A DNA stretch of 64,000 bases from Candidatus Poriferihabitaceae bacterium (GCA_965214055.1 OZ243931.1:1169186-1233185); one strand, 5' to 3'; shown: positions 47,790-59,821, counted from the first letter of the stretch. The notes: generated by a model not told the origin, from the sequence alone. Translations and numbers: made by a program.

Positions 47790-49406
47790 ATGAAAATTCT
47801 GATTAGTGACAAACTTGATGATGCCGCACTCGACCTGCTGAATAACCGTGGATTCCACCTTGACCTGCAAATCAAGGTGGACAGGGAGACCCTTGCCAAA
47901 GCATCCCAACATGCGGATGGGTGGATCATCCGCAGCGGGACGACCATCACGGGAAAAATGCTTGAAAACGCGAAGGCATTGAAGGTAATCGGCCGCGCCG
48001 GGGTCGGTATTGACAATATTGATGTGAACAGTGCGACACGCCGCGGCATCGCGGTCATCAATACACCAACCGCCAATACCATGGCCGCGGTGGAACACAG
48101 CATGGCCCTGCTGCTGTCCCTCGCCCGCCATATCCCGGCTGCCCACCAGTCTCTGGTCATTGATGGGAACTGGGAACGGGCAAGGTTCACCGGGGTTGAA
48201 CTCTACGGAAAAACCATCGGCGTACTGGGTCTGGGCAAAATTGGCAGCCGGGTGGCTATGCGGTGCACGGCAATGGAAATGACCGTGCTTGGATACGACC
48301 CCTTTCTCTCAGTTGAACAGGCGAAGTCCATGAATGTTGAACTGATCAGTGACCTGGATGGGTTGCTGGAGCAATGTGATTTCCTTTCGCTCCATTTGCC
48401 CAGCACCGTGGACACCAAAAAGCTGCTCAATACAGAACGCCTGGGCCGTTGCAAACCCGGTGTCCGGATCATCAACTGTGCCCGGGGCAACCTGGTGGAT
48501 GAAAATGCCCTTGCCCAGGCCCTCAAGGACGGTCATGTCGCAGGCGCTGCCCTGGATGTTTTCGACAATGAACCGCCGACGGATTCGCCGTTGCTGAGCG
48601 CGCCCAATCTTGTGGCCACCCCTCATTTGGGGGCAAGCACCGTGGAAAGCCAGCTGAATGTGGGCTTGCAGATTGCCGAACGGGTGGCCGATGCCCTGCA
48701 GACCGGGGCATTTCGGGAAGCCGTCAATATACCGGTGAAAGACTGGCGTACCTTTGGCCGCATCAAACCAACGCTCAATCTTGTGGAACGGCTTGGCTGT
48801 CTCGCCCAACAGTATACCCAGGGCGGCATATCCGATGTGCAGGTCGAATACTGCGGAGATGAATACGATGAAATACCCGCCATAAACAACACCTTGCTCA
48901 AAGGGATGCTGCAGCCTGCGATCAGCATGTCGGTCAATGCCGTCAACGCACCGGTTCTCGCCCAGGAGCGGGGGATTTCATTGTCCTGCACCGAAAGCGG
49001 AAGACCCGGCAACTATCGATCACTGGTGAAACTGCAAACACGGGGGGGGGGCCAAACACACACTTTTTCCGGAACCACGTTTGCGGATGACGTCCCCAGG
49101 CTGGTGGAAATCGAAGGCTTTCAGGTTGATTTGTTTCTGGTTGGCGTGCTGCTGGTCTTTTCCACTCTCGACCTCCCCGGTGTAATGGGTTCCGTGGGTT
49201 CGATTCTTGGCAGACATGACATCAACGTCGAACACTTCAGTGTGGGTCGGCAGCAACCCAGGGGGTCGTCATTGGGTTTGGTTGCCGTGGATGAAGCACT
49301 CAGCGACGAAATCATCCTGCTGATTGCCGATTTGCCAAATATCCAGTGGGTCAGGCAAATTATATTGGACGAGACACGGCTTTTTGAAAAGGCCACCGGA
49401 GCTTGA
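47790..49406 (+). CDS. serA: D-3-phosphoglycerate dehydrogenase (long form with ASB/ACT domains)
   Basis: MKILISDKL, GRAGVGIDNID, GVLGLGKIGS, NCARG and TPHLGAST are present. The C-terminal part looks like a regulatory ACT domain. Confidence 0.92.
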   Translation: MKILISDKLDDAALDLLNNRGFHLDLQIKVDRETLAKASQHADGWIIRSGTTITGKMLENAKALKVIGRAGVGIDNIDVNSATRRGIAVINTPTANTMAAVEHSMALLLSLARHIPAAHQSLVIDGNWERARFTGVELYGKTIGVLGLGKIGSRVAMRCTAMEMTVLGYDPFLSVEQAKSMNVELISDLDGLLEQCDFLSLHLPSTVDTKKLLNTERLGRCKPGVRIINCARGNLVDENALAQALKDGHVAGAALDVFDNEPPTDSPLLSAPNLVATPHLGASTVESQLNVGLQIAERVADALQTGAFREAVNIPVKDWRTFGRIKPTLNLVERLGCLAQQYTQGGISDVQVEYCGDEYDEIPAINNTLLKGMLQPAISMSVNAVNAPVLAQERGISLSCTESGRPGNYRSLVKLQTRGGGQTHTFSGTTFADDVPRLVEIEGFQVDLFLVGVLLVFSTLDLPGVMGSVGSILGRHDINVEHFSVGRQQPRGSSLGLVAVDEALSDEIILLIADLPNIQWVRQIILDETRLFEKATGA

Positions 49407-49459
49407 TCTGCGTTCTCCCGGTCCCTGACGCACTATTGCTGTGGGGTTCCCCGGTCCGG

Positions 49460-50362
49460 CTAATACTTGGGATTTTGGCGCACCACAACGGGCTGGTCCA
49501 GGGACCGGGCAACGATGATTCCGCTTGCCACGATCAATCCGATACCGAGCCAGGAAACCCAGTACGGCAGGGTTCCGAAAAAAAGATAGCCGATCAGTAT
49601 GGCCGCAACAATCTCCAGGTATGTGAAGGGGGCAATCGCCGAGGCTTCCGCCCTGGAAAAACCATATGCCAGACAGACCTGGGTAACCGTCCCGGTGAGG
49701 GCCACCAGGCACAGCAGCCAGAACTGCCGAGTGTCTACGGGTCCCCAATAATATGGCAGGACCAAGGACAGGGAAACCGCAGCGAAAAACGACCCCCACA
49801 ATGCAGTTACCAATGGATGTGAAACCGCCCCCAGTTTCCGGTTTATCGCCATTTGTATGCTGATGATGACGGCACACAAAAATACAAAATAGGTTCCGGT
49901 ATTGACGGTATCGAATCCCGGGCGCATCACCAGCAATACTCCGGCGAACCCTCCAAACAACCCGACCCAGCCACTCCCGCGGACCTGTTCGCCCAAAAAC
50001 AATACCGCAAGGACGGTCAGTAAAAACGGGTAGGCATACAAGATGGCAATGGCATCGGAAAACTCAATGGTGCGCACACCCATGACAAAACAAACCGTTG
50101 CCCCGGACATGGTCAGCCCCCTGACAATCTGCATCCCCGGGCGTGCGGGTCTCAGCGCTGCGGGGCGCAACACCAGTGCCGCGATGGGCCACAGGAAAAG
50201 AAAGGAAAACATGAATCGGAACCAGGCAACCTGGTAGACATCCAGGTCCTCGGACAACAGCTTCATCAGTGCGCCACTCAAGGATGCGGCGCACAACCCC
50301 ACCACCACCAGGGCAATGCCAAGACGGGTATCCATGGGATTCCGGTTGTTCCGCGGGTTCAT
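49460..50362 (-). CDS. DMT-superfamily (EamA-type) transporter
   Basis: The protein has ten predicted hydrophobic segments in a two-fold EamA-like arrangement. It is 300 aa. Confidence 0.82.
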   Translation of the reverse strand: MNPRNNRNPMDTRLGIALVVVGLCAASLSGALMKLLSEDLDVYQVAWFRFMFSFLFLWPIAALVLRPAALRPARPGMQIVRGLTMSGATVCFVMGVRTIEFSDAIAILYAYPFLLTVLAVLFLGEQVRGSGWVGLFGGFAGVLLVMRPGFDTVNTGTYFVFLCAVIISIQMAINRKLGAVSHPLVTALWGSFFAAVSLSLVLPYYWGPVDTRQFWLLCLVALTGTVTQVCLAYGFSRAEASAIAPFTYLEIVAAILIGYLFFGTLPYWVSWLGIGLIVASGIIVARSLDQPVVVRQNPKY

Positions 50363-50615
50363 GGTCCGGTACAGGTTCGAGCAAAGCCATCCATCCTGTC
50401 ACATCTTTCCTGTCAATGTGTTGACGCGTGTTTTCCCCTGGATGCCAGCCCTGGTGTCCGACCCGGACAGTCAGGCAACCCCCCAACCCACCGTTTCCCC
50501 CGGGTTTGAATATTCCCTTCCTGGTCCGGGATGCCCAGGGTCCACGCTGCACAGCGAGTCACCGGTCCGCACCATTTGAGTTTCTTTTTTTGTCGGCCCT
50601 TTATTGCCGAACCGG

Positions 50616-53135
<2,520 letters not shown>

Positions 53136-53289
53136 TTATCCTTATTAATCAAATGTTTATGGTTTACCGGATTTTCAGAGAAATTCAGGCGGGGCCCCTT
53201 TGCAGCAGGGAATTCCGGCAAACAGCCGCCTGGTTTTTTGCTGGCCGTTTCTGGATTCCCGGCCACCGGGTTCCGGTGTTCTTCGTCAT

Positions 53290-53305
53290 TGTTTCACGTG
53301 AAACA
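53290..53305. promoter_or_regulatory. parS: parS (ParB/Spo0J-binding centromere-like site), perfect 16-bp palindrome TGTTTCACGTGAAACA
   Basis: The site is an exact match to the canonical parS consensus tGTTnCACGTGAAACa. It lies in the origin-proximal dnaN-gyrB spacer. Confidence 0.85.
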
Positions 53306-53401
53306 GTGGGGGATTCTATATTTGGCCTGCCAGACAAAAAGATCACGGGCCGGTTTGTTGATCACTACACCGAGTACAATTCGAGACATGGAGTACCGGG
53401 C

Positions 53402-53900
53402 ATCCGCTATCGTCTTTATCCCAAGACAAAATAAAAGGCCGACATGCTGCATCAGTGCCTGGGGGCCACCCGTTTTGTGTGGAACCATTTCCTTGCCCGG
53501 AACAGGCAAAGAATGAAAGCTCACCGCAACAATGAGTCATTGCCCCGCCCGAAGGGTTCGTTTTTCTCATTGGGAAAAAGTCGGTCCAGTCAAGACGAAA
53601 AACCGGGTGGCTGCAGAAACTCCCCTGTGCGCCGATTCGATATACCCTGAAATACCGTTCGGATGCCAGGAAGCAGTCTTTCGAGTCGGGAAAGGGGTTT
53701 CCGAGGCAACTGGCTTCACACCGAATCGAGAAAGATTGCGGATCAATCCCCGTAAGCGATGGCAATCCCGGATACACCATAGCACCCGTCACGGGGCGGG
53801 ACTCTGGACTTTCGGTCCATTTGATTCCTCGGAAACAAGGGGCAGGGCAATCCGGCAATTTTCCAGCCGACATGCCATGGGGAATTGCGGGAGGTTTCCG
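53402..53900 (+). pseudogene. tnpB: decayed 5' fragment of an IS200/IS605-family tnpB (OrfB) gene
   Basis: IRYRLYPKTK-TAA(stop)-KADMLHQCLGATRFVWNHFLARN matches the TnpB N-terminal signature (YRxRLYPt.eQ...lG.aRFVYNhfL). The match continues after frameshifts as WLQKLP...GKGFPR and ...AIRQFSSRHAMGNCGRF. The RuvC-half and 3' end are absent. Confidence 0.75.
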
Positions 53901-53945
53901 GTCCGCGGACCAGCGGGCCGAACACAGGGGGTGGGTTGTGCAGAT

Positions 53946-53961
53946 TGTTTCACGTGAAACA
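53946..53961. promoter_or_regulatory. parS: parS site, perfect TGTTTCACGTGAAACA (palindrome extends to 22 bp GATTGTTTCACGTGAAACAATC)
   Basis: This is the second exact parS consensus match, 656 bp from the first. Confidence 0.85.
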
Positions 53962-54118
53962 ATCGCATGTTGTGGACCCCTTCGTACTGCCCCGGCGCTC
54001 TGCCCGGCGCGGGACCGGCAATCCGGGTCAGGAACCTGCCATTTCAAGCAAACCGGACAACCACCTGTCCCGGCGTCCCGTCTGCGGTCTTCCCTGGCCC
54101 GGGGTTTTCCGTTGCCTG

Positions 54119-55222
54119 CTACATTCTCATGGGCATCACCAGCCACACGGAATGTTTGTCTCCGGGTTCCCGGAGTACGCAAATTCCATTGTTTCCCTGA
54201 AAATGCATTTCAATTTCGTCTGTTTTCATTGCCTTGGCGGCTTCAACCAGGTAATTGAGATTATACCCCATTGTAAGCGGTTCTCCGGAATACTGCAGTT
54301 CCAGTTCTTCCAACGCTTCTTCATTGTCGGGATTGGTGGAGGTAATTCGCATTACGCCGGGTTCCAGCGCAACTTTCGCTCCCTTGAACTGGTCCACCGT
54401 CAATACAGCGATCCGGTTCAGGGTTCCAATCAATTTCTGCCGATCCAGAACAACCGATTCCTGGATATCCGTTTCCACCACTTCCTTGAATTTCGGAAAA
54501 TTCCCGTCGATTAATTTGGTGATAAGCATGGTTTTCCCCTTGCTCACCTTGAGGTGATTCTTGTTCATCTCCAGCGTCAATTCCTGGTCTTCGTCCACAT
54601 CCAGAAACCGGTTTATTTCCGTAATGCCTTTTCTCGGTATAATCAGTTTCCGGTGGTCTGCGGAATCCAGACTGGTCCCCACATCTGTCTGGGCAAGACG
54701 GTGTCCATCCGTCGCAATGGCACGCAGCGTATTGTCATTCAATTCGAACAACAACCCATTCAGGTAGTACCGGACATCCTGGACAGCCATGGCAAAAGCG
54801 GTTTTTTCCAGAATGGTTTTAAGTGATATCTGCTTGATTTTAAACCTTTCTTCCCAATTGTGAGCCTCAATCCTTGGAAAATCATCGGCTTCCAGTGTCC
54901 GCAGTGTATAGCGGCTTCTGCCCGATGTGACGGTCAGGTTCAAATTATCACGTACTATGGAGATAACGGCATGTTCAGGTAACATACGCACAATATCAAG
55001 GATTATACGGGCTGATACGGTAATTGCGGAATCTTCCCCTTCAACCTGGTCTATGGTTACGGAAATCTCGACTTCAAGGTCAGTTCCCACCAGAGTCAAC
55101 TGGTTGTCCACCAGACTCACATGCAGATTGGACAGGATAGGAAGGGTCTGTTTCTTCTCGACAACGTTTGTTACCAGATTCAGCGCTGGAAGAAATTTTG
55201 ATCTCTCTATAGTTATATTCAT
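54119..55222 (-). CDS. dnaN: DNA polymerase III beta sliding clamp
   Basis: MNITIERSKFLPALNLVTNVVEKKQTLPILSNL and RLIDGNFP-type blocks are present, with a ...MPMRM C-terminus. The start was trimmed to MNITIER. Confidence 0.96.
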   Translation of the reverse strand: MNITIERSKFLPALNLVTNVVEKKQTLPILSNLHVSLVDNQLTLVGTDLEVEISVTIDQVEGEDSAITVSARIILDIVRMLPEHAVISIVRDNLNLTVTSGRSRYTLRTLEADDFPRIEAHNWEERFKIKQISLKTILEKTAFAMAVQDVRYYLNGLLFELNDNTLRAIATDGHRLAQTDVGTSLDSADHRKLIIPRKGITEINRFLDVDEDQELTLEMNKNHLKVSKGKTMLITKLIDGNFPKFKEVVETDIQESVVLDRQKLIGTLNRIAVLTVDQFKGAKVALEPGVMRITSTNPDNEEALEELELQYSGEPLTMGYNLNYLVEAAKAMKTDEIEMHFQGNNGICVLREPGDKHSVWLVMPMRM

Positions 55223-55318
55223 GTCATATATCTTAAGAATAGTTATAGTTAAGCACTGTGGGTTTGTGGGGAACTTCAATATAACGCATTTTTTCAATTA
55301 CTTAAAACCGGAACGTCT

Positions 55319-55417
55319 TGTGGACAACCCCTAGTATAAGGATTGTAAAACGAAATAACATCTTGTGGGAAACTCTTTTCCACCGGTCTGTCCACAACCA
55401 TTGCCAACTTATACACA
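55319..55417. promoter_or_regulatory. cluster of DnaA-box-like 9-mers in the dnaA-dnaN spacer (candidate oriC element or dnaN regulatory region)
   Basis: TGTGGACAA is at 55319-55327 (1 mismatch to TGTGGATAA). TGTGGGAAA is at 55364-55372. TTTTCCACC is at 55376-55384. CTGTCCACA is at 55388-55396. TTATACACA is at 55409-55417 (1 mismatch to TTATCCACA). An AT-rich stretch lies at 55223-55310. Confidence 0.5.
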
Positions 55418-55520
55418 GGCAATCAACAGGGTCCGGGGACAACAATCGCAACGGTATGGCACAGCCTTCCAGGGGGGAAGGCACACAAACGATCGTCAAA
55501 AGGCACGCGCCGGAAGGGAA

Positions 55521-56864
55521 CTAAACGCTGAACAACCTTTTCAGGTTCTTGTAATCTTCCTGGATTTTCAAATCCGTTTTTCTGAGATCGGCAATCTTTC
55601 TGCAGGCATGCAACACCGTGGTATGGTCTCTGCCACCGAACCGGTCTCCGATCTGGGGCAGGCTCAGATTGGTGTGTTCCTTGGCAAAGGCCATGGCCAG
55701 CTGCCTGGGCCGGGCAATTTTACGGGCCCGGTTCTTTGAAAGGATATCCGCAACGCGGATTTGGAAATATTCCGCGACAGTCTGCTGTATGTTCTCAATG
55801 CTGATCCGGCTTTCACGGTAAAGCAGGATATCCCGGAGAGCCTCCCTGGCCAGATTGACATCGATGTCCCGGTCGGAAAATCGGGCGATGGCGAGAATCT
55901 GATGAAGAGCGCCCTCAAGGTCCCGGACATTGGAATGTACCGTATTGGCTACGAAGAAAGCCACGTCATTGGGGAGGTCAATGTCGTGCTTCAAGGCTTT
56001 CTTTTTCAGGATCGCGACCCGGGTTTCCAGCTCGGGAGGGTCGATGCTGACCGTTAACCCGGAACCAAACCGGGAAGTCAACCGTTCTCCCACATTGTCG
56101 ATGGCCTTGGGGATGCGGTCACTGGTAATAACAATCTGACGCTGACCCTCAAGCAGGGTATTGAAAGTGTGAAAAAACTCCTCTTGGGACTGGGTTTTCT
56201 TGGCAAAAAACTGGATATCATCAATAAGCAGGGCGTCCAGTGAACGATAGTACCGCTTGAACTCGTTCATGGTATTGTTTCTCAGGGCCTTGACCATGTC
56301 GTTGACAAACAGTTCCGAATGGATATAGATCACTTTCGCTGTGGGATTGGATTTTAGGATCTGGTTTCCGGTTGCCTGCATCAAATGGGTCTTTCCCAGA
56401 CCCACCCCACCGTAAATAAACAGGGGGTTGAAAGCCATCCCCGGACTTTGGCTGACCTGGATTGCCGCAGCCCGGGCGAGCTGATTGGACTTGCCTTCCA
56501 CATGGGTGTCAAACACATACTCCGCATTCAGGCTGCCACCCGTATATGGAGCGGGGGTCTCAAAGCGCCCTTTTGCCAGGTCCCGGCCGGGGCCATCATT
56601 GATATCGGGTTTTTCCAGGCCATGACTGCCGACTTCAACCTGAACCTGCTTGATGCCGTGGTCCATTCCGATGATGGTTTTTTCAATCTGGGTATAGAGA
56701 TTATCCTTTATGTAATTGAGCACATACCGGTTGGGCGCCAGCAATTTCAGGGTATCTCCCGAGGACAGGGCATGCAGTGGACGGATCCATGCGTTGATAT
56801 CATCCGCTGACAATTCATCCCCCAGTTTATGGAGACAGCTGTCCCAGTGTTGAGTTTTGCTCAA
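55521..56864 (-). CDS. dnaA: chromosomal replication initiator protein DnaA
   Basis: WDSCLHKLGDELSADDINAWIRPL, NPLFIYGGVGLGKTHL, LLIDDIQF and the C-terminal HTH (RDHTTVLHA) are present. Only a TTG at 56864 can supply the conserved N-terminus. Confidence 0.97.
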   Translation of the reverse strand: MSKTQHWDSCLHKLGDELSADDINAWIRPLHALSSGDTLKLLAPNRYVLNYIKDNLYTQIEKTIIGMDHGIKQVQVEVGSHGLEKPDINDGPGRDLAKGRFETPAPYTGGSLNAEYVFDTHVEGKSNQLARAAAIQVSQSPGMAFNPLFIYGGVGLGKTHLMQATGNQILKSNPTAKVIYIHSELFVNDMVKALRNNTMNEFKRYYRSLDALLIDDIQFFAKKTQSQEEFFHTFNTLLEGQRQIVITSDRIPKAIDNVGERLTSRFGSGLTVSIDPPELETRVAILKKKALKHDIDLPNDVAFFVANTVHSNVRDLEGALHQILAIARFSDRDIDVNLAREALRDILLYRESRISIENIQQTVAEYFQIRVADILSKNRARKIARPRQLAMAFAKEHTNLSLPQIGDRFGGRDHTTVLHACRKIADLRKTDLKIQEDYKNLKRLFSV

Positions 56865-57236
56865 AGTTTAACCACTATCGGTGAAAGTTCTACATGGTTG
56901 TCCCCGGAACACAGACGATTACCCGGCAACAAGTTATGACAGAGTCGCAAGCTATTGATGTATAAAGAAAAACTACCGGAATCTTTAAATCAATACTTTT
57001 CGACTTCCGATTTGATATAGTCCTAGTCTAATCTGAAAGACGTAAATTTTCCACTTTGTGCTGAAAATTTTTCCATCAAAAACGGGTTGTTTCACATCCA
57101 TGGGATTTGTTGACTTTGAGATTCGCAACAATCGAATTGACATAATTCCATGTCTCGATAAGGGCTTGTTGCACGAATTATAAGTGAGATGTAAGCATAA
57201 AGTCATAACTCAACGAATTGTTAAAAGGTACCATCT

Positions 57237-59747
57237 ATGAAATCAGAGACAAAAGTGGTTGTAATCGGTGGCGGAGTAGTCGGCGTCAGCACGCTTTACC
57301 ATCTCGCCCGCAAGGGCTGGAAGGACTCGGTCCTGTTGGAACGAAAGGAACTGACATCCGGTTCAACCTGGCATGCGGCAGGCCTGCTGCCACTTTTTAA
57401 CATGAGCTACTCCGTAGGCAAGCTGCACCAGTATTCGGTGAGGTTCTACCAGGAACTGGAAGAGGAAACCGGGCTGTCCGTAGGGTTCCAGCAGGTAAGC
57501 AACATCCGGCTGGCCTGTACACAGGACAGAATGGATGAATATCGATATTATGCGGGAGTCGGTAAAACGGTGGGGGTAAAAATACGGTTTTTAACCCCCG
57601 AGCAGGTCAAGGAAGCCTGGCCGATGTGTAATATTGAAGGCCTGGTGGGGGCCATTCAGCATCCGGAAGACGGGTACATACAGCCCAATGACTTGACCAC
57701 CGCACTGGCAAAGGGAGCGAGGAACCATGGGGCGGAGATTTATCGGCATACCTGCGCCACCGGCATCCTGAAACAGGGAGAAGGCTGGCTGGTACAAACG
57801 AATCAAGGCGATATCCGCTGTGAACACGTGGTTTCCTGTACCGGCAATTTTGCCCGTAAAACCGGTGAAATGGTGGGCCTTGACATCCCGGTCATTCCGG
57901 TGCAACACCAGTATATCGTCACCGAGGCCCATCCCGACATTCTTGCCCGAAAAGAGAAGGGACTACCGGAGCAGGGCGTGTTGCGGGAATCGGATGCCGG
58001 GTATTATCTCCGGGAAGAAGCCGGGGGGTTGCTGCTCGGGCCCTACGAGGCCGGGGCACCGTGCTGTTATGTGGATGGCCCGTCCGAAGATTGTGAGAAC
58101 GAATTGTTTCAGGAAGATCTGGACAGGCTGGAGCCCCATATCGAAGCCTGTATCAACCGCGTCCCCGCCTTTGGGGAAAGCGGAGTAAAACAGGTTTATA
58201 ACGGGGCGATTGCGTATACCCCGGATGGCAATCCCATTGTGGGCCCGGCCCCGGGATTGAAGAACTTCTGGTTGAATGAAGGGCACAGTTTTGGCATCAC
58301 TGCCGCGGGGGGGGCCGGGTGGCAGCTTGCGGAATGGATGGTGGATGGTGAGCCGACGGTGGATATGATGGGGGTCGACCCGCGACGATTCGGTCCGTAT
58401 GCATCCCGGGGCTATCTGAAGGAAAAAAACGAGGAAGCGTATCGAAACGTTTTTACCAACCATTTCCCGGATGAGGAAAGAGCCACGGCAACCCCGCTTA
58501 AAACTGCTCCCTGCTATGACCGGATGAAAGCCCTGGGGGCCGTGTTTGGGCATATCTATGGCTGGGAACGGCCCAATTGGTTTGTCCCGAAAGAGTATGA
58601 ATTGCCCAAAGCGGAAATAGGCAGTGGCGATGTGCTCCTGGGCCACAATCATTCGCCGCCACTGGAGGATGGGCGCATCGTGGAAAAATACTCTTTCCGG
58701 CGGTCCAACTATTTCCCGTTTGTCGGCCAGGAGTGCAGGCATGTGCAGGAGAAAGTGGGCCTTCTGGACATGTCCGCTTTCTCGAAATTCATAGTGAGCG
58801 GCCCAGGCGCAGGGGCCTGGCTTGAATCCCTGGTGTGCAATCGCATTCCCAAGGGCGTGGGTCGGATTGGGCTGTGTCACATGTTGACCCTGCGGGGAGG
58901 CGTGCGCTCTGAATTCACGATATTCAAAACCGGACAAAACCAGTATTACCTGGTTTCCGCCGGAGCGATGGAACGCCACGACTGGGATTATCTGATCAAA
59001 AACCGGCCCCGGGACGGAACGGTTGATGTGCAAAAAGTCACCACGCAGTGGGGGGTGCTGGTGCTGGCGGGACCCAAGTCCCGGGCGGTGCTGCAAAAAA
59101 TCACGGACACGGACCTGTCGGACGAGAAGTTCAAATGGCTGACGGGGAAACCCATCAACGTGAATGCGGCCAACGCCTGGGCGTTGAGAGTGAATTATGT
59201 CGGTGAACTCGGGTACGAGTTGCATCACCCCATTGAAATGCAGAACTATATTTTTGATGCGGTCATGGAGGCGGGAGAAGAATTCGGGATTCGGCCGTTT
59301 GGTATCCGTGCCATGGACAGCCTGAGGCTGGAAAAATCATACCGGCTGATTCCCAGGGAAATGTCCATCGAGTACAGCGCATACGAATCCGGGCTGGACC
59401 GGTTTATCCGCCTGGACAAGGAAGAAGACTTTATTGGGAAGCAGGCCTTGATCGATTGGCGGAGTCAGGGATTTGAAAACGCGTTCGTTACCCTGGAGGT
59501 CCATGACGTGGTGGATGCCGATGCGCGGGGGTCCGAAGCCATCTACAGGGATGGAAAACTGGTTGGCAGGGCGACCTCCGGGGGCTATGGGTTCCGGGTG
59601 GAAAAGTCCCTGGCCCTGGGCCTGGTCTCCCCGGAATGGGCTGGAGTGGGGACCGGACTCCAGATCGAGATTCTGGGCCGGCTGTACGATGCCACGGTTA
59701 TTGCAGAATCGCCCTACGACCCGCAGAACAAGGTGCTTCGGTCGTAG
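57237..59747 (+). CDS. FAD-dependent oxidoreductase fused to a GcvT-like aminomethyltransferase domain (dimethylglycine/sarcosine dehydrogenase family)
   Basis: The N-terminus is VVVIGGGVVGVSTLYHLA (DAO domain). The C-terminal half has LLDMSAFSKF, YVGELGYELH and the folate-binding GcvT pattern. The protein is 836 aa. Confidence 0.88.
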   Translation: MKSETKVVVIGGGVVGVSTLYHLARKGWKDSVLLERKELTSGSTWHAAGLLPLFNMSYSVGKLHQYSVRFYQELEEETGLSVGFQQVSNIRLACTQDRMDEYRYYAGVGKTVGVKIRFLTPEQVKEAWPMCNIEGLVGAIQHPEDGYIQPNDLTTALAKGARNHGAEIYRHTCATGILKQGEGWLVQTNQGDIRCEHVVSCTGNFARKTGEMVGLDIPVIPVQHQYIVTEAHPDILARKEKGLPEQGVLRESDAGYYLREEAGGLLLGPYEAGAPCCYVDGPSEDCENELFQEDLDRLEPHIEACINRVPAFGESGVKQVYNGAIAYTPDGNPIVGPAPGLKNFWLNEGHSFGITAAGGAGWQLAEWMVDGEPTVDMMGVDPRRFGPYASRGYLKEKNEEAYRNVFTNHFPDEERATATPLKTAPCYDRMKALGAVFGHIYGWERPNWFVPKEYELPKAEIGSGDVLLGHNHSPPLEDGRIVEKYSFRRSNYFPFVGQECRHVQEKVGLLDMSAFSKFIVSGPGAGAWLESLVCNRIPKGVGRIGLCHMLTLRGGVRSEFTIFKTGQNQYYLVSAGAMERHDWDYLIKNRPRDGTVDVQKVTTQWGVLVLAGPKSRAVLQKITDTDLSDEKFKWLTGKPINVNAANAWALRVNYVGELGYELHHPIEMQNYIFDAVMEAGEEFGIRPFGIRAMDSLRLEKSYRLIPREMSIEYSAYESGLDRFIRLDKEEDFIGKQALIDWRSQGFENAFVTLEVHDVVDADARGSEAIYRDGKLVGRATSGGYGFRVEKSLALGLVSPEWAGVGTGLQIEILGRLYDATVIAESPYDPQNKVLRS

Positions 59748-59821
59748 AATATCCGCAAAAAGGCTGGCCGCCGGCGTTAACCGCAGTGGTGGGGTGACAG
59801 AAGGACCGAAGTAGAAACCGT

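Noticed and set aside
53290-53961. The two identical palindromes flanking the TnpB relic could be the left and right subterminal hairpins of an IS200/IS605-type element or PATE.
   Set aside because: The 16-mer is an exact match to the canonical parS consensus, and the location is origin-proximal, so parS is the simpler reading. IS200/IS605 ends are usually imperfect hairpins with loops. The IS-end reading is not fully excluded, and a genome-wide search for the palindrome would settle it.
57088-57103. TGTTTCAC upstream of dnaA could be a third parS site.
   Set aside because: Only one half-site matches (TGTTTCACATCCATGG) and the palindromic partner is absent.
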